A stretch of 40,416 nt of DNA. It comes from Bacteroidota bacterium (GTDB lineage: Bacteria > Bacteroidota > Ignavibacteria > Kapaibacteriales > Kapaibacteriaceae). Under the pieces are notes generated by a model. That model had not been told where the DNA came from. It was given only the letters and a program-made list of their open reading frames with translations, and searched no databases. Position numbers and translations under genes: made by a program. Where the stretch lies: positions 1 through 40,416 of the forward strand of contig JBEBCJ010000167.1 of the NCBI GenBank assembly GCA_041157865.1, given 5' to 3'. Within the stretch, counting starts at the first letter, position 1, and the number at the start of each line of letters is the position of its first letter. This document shows positions 36,841 to 40,416 of this stretch, one piece after another.

Positions 36841-36893
36841 CCACCTAAAACAGGCTCCGAGCTCGTGATTCGATAACGATTGTTACGAGCAGA

Positions 36894-39026
36894 TCACTTC
36901 CGCGTCTTCTTGACCTCGATCTGCACAGTACGACTCAAGAATCGTTCTTCTGGGGTGTTGTACGACTCAATGCCCGGAGGGAACTTGTCAGTGGTGATGT
37001 CGTTGCACTGAATGTCAACCTTCTTACGAAGATGCTTCTTGATCGTCTCGCAAACTGCATCAGCGCGTTTCTGAGAGAGTTTCTTATTGAACTCAGCATT
37101 ACCGAGCATATCGGCGAAGCCACGCACGATAACAGTTGAGCCTGTTGGGACATTCTCAACAAAGGATTTGATCTGTTCTTCGGCAATTGCAGAGATCTCA
37201 TCCGATGCCACTTCGAACAATGTCAATGTCAAGCGCTCGAGCTCAACATTCATCGTATCCTTCCTAACCATCAGCTGTGTTGTTGCAGAGGCAGTTGACC
37301 GACGGATACCATTGATCTTTAGACGAACGTCGACTGGCTCCTTTGAGCGCATTTTGTCTGCTACAGCAATCGAAAGGTCCTGCATAGTTACCGTTGGCAG
37401 CCCCTTACCACTTTGTGAGAAAAGTTGCTGCGAACCTGATGTTGCTTCAAGTTCCCAATCCGTCACAAACTTGCTACTCGTTCCTGTTGGATCAAACTGC
37501 AGTCGGGGCGGATCGATCGTACGAGCTTCGTTGAATCTGCGCTTGGCAACAGATGCCAGCACCTCAAGATTGTCGGAATAAATTTCAACCCGTCGGTTCT
37601 CTGCATATCCTTCTTCAGACAATCTCCTTGTTGGCCTATCTGGAGCACAACTGCCGCTTCCGGCCTGAATCGTAATGCGCGAGTCTGCAATGTCCCATAC
37701 GCGAATCAGATACTCTTTTACCGCAGTGGCCCGCCGTTGCGCGAGTTCACAATCAGAGCCTTCAGTAGTTGGATCTGCTGTACCACGAAGTCTGATAGTT
37801 GCCGAAGGCAGCTTCTGCATCCGTTCGCCAAGAATATTGAGGATGTCTCTGTGCACAGCTGTTGTGCGCGGCGCTACATCGGCAAGTTTGAACTCTGTCC
37901 CTTTACCAACCTGATGGTATCGTGAAGAAATCGTTATGGCCTGAGATTCGAAGAACAGCGCTGGCAATACCGGCAGAGCCTCTGTAACGTACTGAGTTGA
38001 GACGTTGATGGTAAACACATCTTTGAGCGATCCCGATGCTTCGACTGCTCTTGCCTTAATGGCAGCAACAAGTTCTGGGGGCTTCGGATAATAGACCGTA
38101 TCTGTGCGATACGCTCGCTCTGTGATCGTTACCAGGTCTGTTCCGACGATTGTATCAAGTACAATACGATCGATCCCACGTACGCGAGACTCCTCAGCGT
38201 CTGGCTCAACTTCAACAAGCAGTGAGTCTACGAAATCTTCCCTTCTGCGTTCAACAGGTGTAGGGGGCTCTGGGGCATTCATGGTAAAGGCTACGCTTAC
38301 GCCAGCGCGAATGAGATTCGTTTGCCATTCTAGTCCGTCAACATTCTTTGACAACGGCAGTGTATACAGCAGCTCTGGAGTAAGAACAACGGAGTGGTTC
38401 TCGGTCATCGGCAGATCATATCCAATTCCAACAACTGCTCCCAATGCCGGCGAGACAACGTTCTTGAGCTCTTTATTCGTGGTGACGTTACGCTCTCGTA
38501 GGCCATTCTCAAATGTTCCAACAGCTGGCTCCAGGAGCACTTCCTTCTGCGAATATGTTGGACTGAGATAGCTGCCAAATGCCAGGCCACCCATAACACG
38601 GAATGGGTTGATAGCACGAAAATCTATGAGGAATTCTCCCCCAACCCAATTCATCTTGGTTTCCAGGTAATTCCGCGTCAGCGCCGTCTGCCCGCCCGTT
38701 ACCAATAGTCGTTGCTCTTGCGAGAATGAACCGCTGATCGGAACGAATGTTCCGCGCAGCGTAAGGCGCATGTGTTTTGTGATCTCGTGCCTAGCAAAGG
38801 CCGAGATCGCAAATGTCGTTCCACTGGCTCCGTCGTATGGACTGCAGCAGATGGGTGCCTCTGGGATGGTAAACACTCCCTGATGCTGCAGCATGCCAAA
38901 GTTTGCGCTGAATCCGATCTGCGAAAGCCAAACATCTTCTGGCAGGGTAACCTTCCACCACTGTGCCTGCACAGATAAGTGCGTTGAGACGACCACGAGT
39001 GCAATTATGAATATTCGCTTCATCAT
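36894..39026 (-). CDS. Outer-membrane protein: CC-motif beta-barrel plus two OmpA-like peptidoglycan-binding domains
   Basis: Signal peptide; barrel with PICCSPYDG loop; Pro-rich linkers; OmpA-like 1 (LRGTAD...LAQRRATAVKEYL...ENRRVEI); OmpA-like 2 (VRGFADMLGNAEFNKKLSQKRADAV...SRTVQI). ATGA overlap with the upstream gene. Confidence 0.88.
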   Translation of the reverse strand: MMKRIFIIALVVVSTHLSVQAQWWKVTLPEDVWLSQIGFSANFGMLQHQGVFTIPEAPICCSPYDGASGTTFAISAFARHEITKHMRLTLRGTFVPISGSFSQEQRLLVTGGQTALTRNYLETKMNWVGGEFLIDFRAINPFRVMGGLAFGSYLSPTYSQKEVLLEPAVGTFENGLRERNVTTNKELKNVVSPALGAVVGIGYDLPMTENHSVVLTPELLYTLPLSKNVDGLEWQTNLIRAGVSVAFTMNAPEPPTPVERRREDFVDSLLVEVEPDAEESRVRGIDRIVLDTIVGTDLVTITERAYRTDTVYYPKPPELVAAIKARAVEASGSLKDVFTINVSTQYVTEALPVLPALFFESQAITISSRYHQVGKGTEFKLADVAPRTTAVHRDILNILGERMQKLPSATIRLRGTADPTTEGSDCELAQRRATAVKEYLIRVWDIADSRITIQAGSGSCAPDRPTRRLSEEGYAENRRVEIYSDNLEVLASVAKRRFNEARTIDPPRLQFDPTGTSSKFVTDWELEATSGSQQLFSQSGKGLPTVTMQDLSIAVADKMRSKEPVDVRLKINGIRRSTASATTQLMVRKDTMNVELERLTLTLFEVASDEISAIAEEQIKSFVENVPTGSTVIVRGFADMLGNAEFNKKLSQKRADAVCETIKKHLRKKVDIQCNDITTDKFPPGIESYNTPEERFLSRTVQIEVKKTRK

Positions 39027-40416
39027 CGCGACACCTCAACAACTAGTGTTGACACCTGCTGACGCTCGGTTCGAACGATGATAAGGCCCACTCCCGATAG
39101 AAGATCCGGAGAGATCTGGCGAGCATATCTACGCTGTGCTCCCTCTTCGGCCGTTGTACAATCGGACCACAACAAGCGCCCTGTGAGATCGAACAGCTCC
39201 AACGTAGCCGGAGCAGCTTCAGAAAGTGTTCCCTCGACGGATATACCTACTGGTCTGGCAATGGCTCTTACCGTAAGGGGCTCAGCAAGCGGATTGAACA
39301 TTCGTGGACCTTCACCGATACGGCAGATCCCGCGAATCAGGATAGGCTCACTGCGCTTCTCGACGCGCATGCCGGGGCCCGCACCGATTTGTGAAATGCG
39401 GTCATAAGTCATGGCAGTGATACTGTCCTGACCCAACGTAGCCTGAAGGGTTATCGTGAACAGATCAGCATCAACCGTATCAAGTGGAATTCGGAAGAAC
39501 ACGATGTCGCGCATACGCTTGATTCCCGCCGAGTCCGTAACGATCTCATCAAGCGTTGCCGTTGGGGTGATCGAACTGGAAACCCACAAGAGCGCAGATG
39601 CGTCGTAGGATATCCGCAACTCAACACTGTCGATATCTGCAAGCCCTAGAAACTGTGCACCCTCTGTTCGGAAATTGATCGTGGTCTTGTCGCCGATCTC
39701 GATCGTGTCACCTGTCGCTGTAAACCGGACAAACGAAGGTGGAGGAGGAGCAATAGCAAAGAGCTGACTTGTGTCTGCCTGAAGTTCGACGGGTAAAACC
39801 TGCCATACCCGCGCTGTACCGTCCCTTGAGGTCGTAAGCAGACGATCTCCACGCTCCGACCAACGCGCAATGTTAACGTCGTTGCCGTGCTGATAATTAC
39901 GAAGGGGCGAGCAGTCTATTGCTGAGTGAATTCGAGCAAAATTGTCATCCGATGCTCCCACGATCATGGTGCCATCCGGCGAGTATGCTACCATACGCAC
40001 AGCACCGTTATAGCCTCTGAGCTTGCCTTTGAGCGCACCAGTTGCTGCGTCCCAAATGGTAACAGTAGAGTCCGACATTCCTACGGCAATTGATTTGCCA
40101 TCCGGTGCAAATGCAACGCACCGCACACCCTCGTTGTAGGCCGAATCTTTGGTGTTCCATATTTCAACGGCCGTGGACTGGTCCCAGAGTCGAATTGTGG
40201 CATCACCGCCGATCGAACAGATCTTTGTTCCGTCGGGCGAGAATGCGGCACTCAGTACGGCAATTGCATGTTTGTTGAACGTATTCGGGAGACCGATCTT
40301 CCGACCAAAAACACTTGCTTCGGTTGCGCACAGAACTACCCGTGTTCCGTCGGCATTGATCACCATGTCATCCATTGGTGAACGGGCGTTATGAACTGCT
40401 TGCGGCACGGTGCCGG
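39023..40416 (-). CDS. 3' part of a WD40-repeat protein with a cohesin-like domain and a degenerate T9SS-like CTD; 5' end lies outside the window
   Basis: The frame stays open to the right edge. WD40 repeats (AFSPDG..I.S...D.TIRLWD and similar), then ISYDAS..ITLQATLG, GICRIGEGPR and LELFDLTGRLL...LSGVGLIIVR. Confidence 0.85.
   Translation of the reverse strand, partial: GTVPQAVHNARSPMDDMVINADGTRVVLCATEASVFGRKIGLPNTFNKHAIAVLSAAFSPDGTKICSIGGDATIRLWDQSTAVEIWNTKDSAYNEGVRCVAFAPDGKSIAVGMSDSTVTIWDAATGALKGKLRGYNGAVRMVAYSPDGTMIVGASDDNFARIHSAIDCSPLRNYQHGNDVNIARWSERGDRLLTTSRDGTARVWQVLPVELQADTSQLFAIAPPPPSFVRFTATGDTIEIGDKTTINFRTEGAQFLGLADIDSVELRISYDASALLWVSSSITPTATLDEIVTDSAGIKRMRDIVFFRIPLDTVDADLFTITLQATLGQDSITAMTYDRISQIGAGPGMRVEKRSEPILIRGICRIGEGPRMFNPLAEPLTVRAIARPVGISVEGTLSEAAPATLELFDLTGRLLWSDCTTAEEGAQRRYARQISPDLLSGVGLIIVRTERQQVSTLVVEVSR

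Noticed and set aside
36861-36890. Imperfect inverted repeat GCTCGTGA...TTACGAGC between convergent genes
   Set aside because: It could be a weak terminator, but the stem is interrupted and lacks a U-tract, so it is too weak to call.
1-40416. tRNA/rRNA genes, CRISPR arrays, transposases, integrases, prophage or defence genes
   Set aside because: Intergenic gaps are all about 130 bp or shorter and show no cloverleaf or repeat-spacer pattern, and no ORF carries the relevant motifs.

Overview
A gene-dense 40.4 kb bacterial chromosomal window from an FCB-group organism. Type IX secretion (T9SS)-type C-terminal domains, TAnnTTTG promoter boxes and a three-subunit SdhCAB support this. The large Cys-stapled Ig-repeat proteins plus HPr/EI suggest a Candidatus Kapabacteria-like lineage (inference). 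Housekeeping genes: pdxJ, sdhCAB, an ABC ATPase, mltG, prfC, pirin, YceI, deoC, an Omp85 protein, ptsI, ptsH, sua5, glgP, ffh and rpsP. These are interleaved with six large secreted proteins covering about 15.1 kb (~37% of the window); five show T9SS-like C-termini and one is cut off by the left edge. Two candidate undescribed envelope systems stand out. (1) A divergent stand-alone GldL/GldM (PorL/PorM)-like motor pair at 9933-12210, without gldK/gldN, head-to-head with a ~1670-aa surface protein. (2) A two-gene module seen twice: a T9SS cargo carrying a cohesin-like domain and a [D/G]IC-x5-6-R motif just before its CTD, followed by a paralogous small beta-barrel with a PxCCxxYxG loop, in one case fused to two OmpA-like peptidoglycan-binding domains. 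This may be a dedicated, possibly disulfide-based, surface-anchoring system. I found no rRNA, tRNA, CRISPR array or mobile element. All family calls come from reading motifs by eye; no database search was run.
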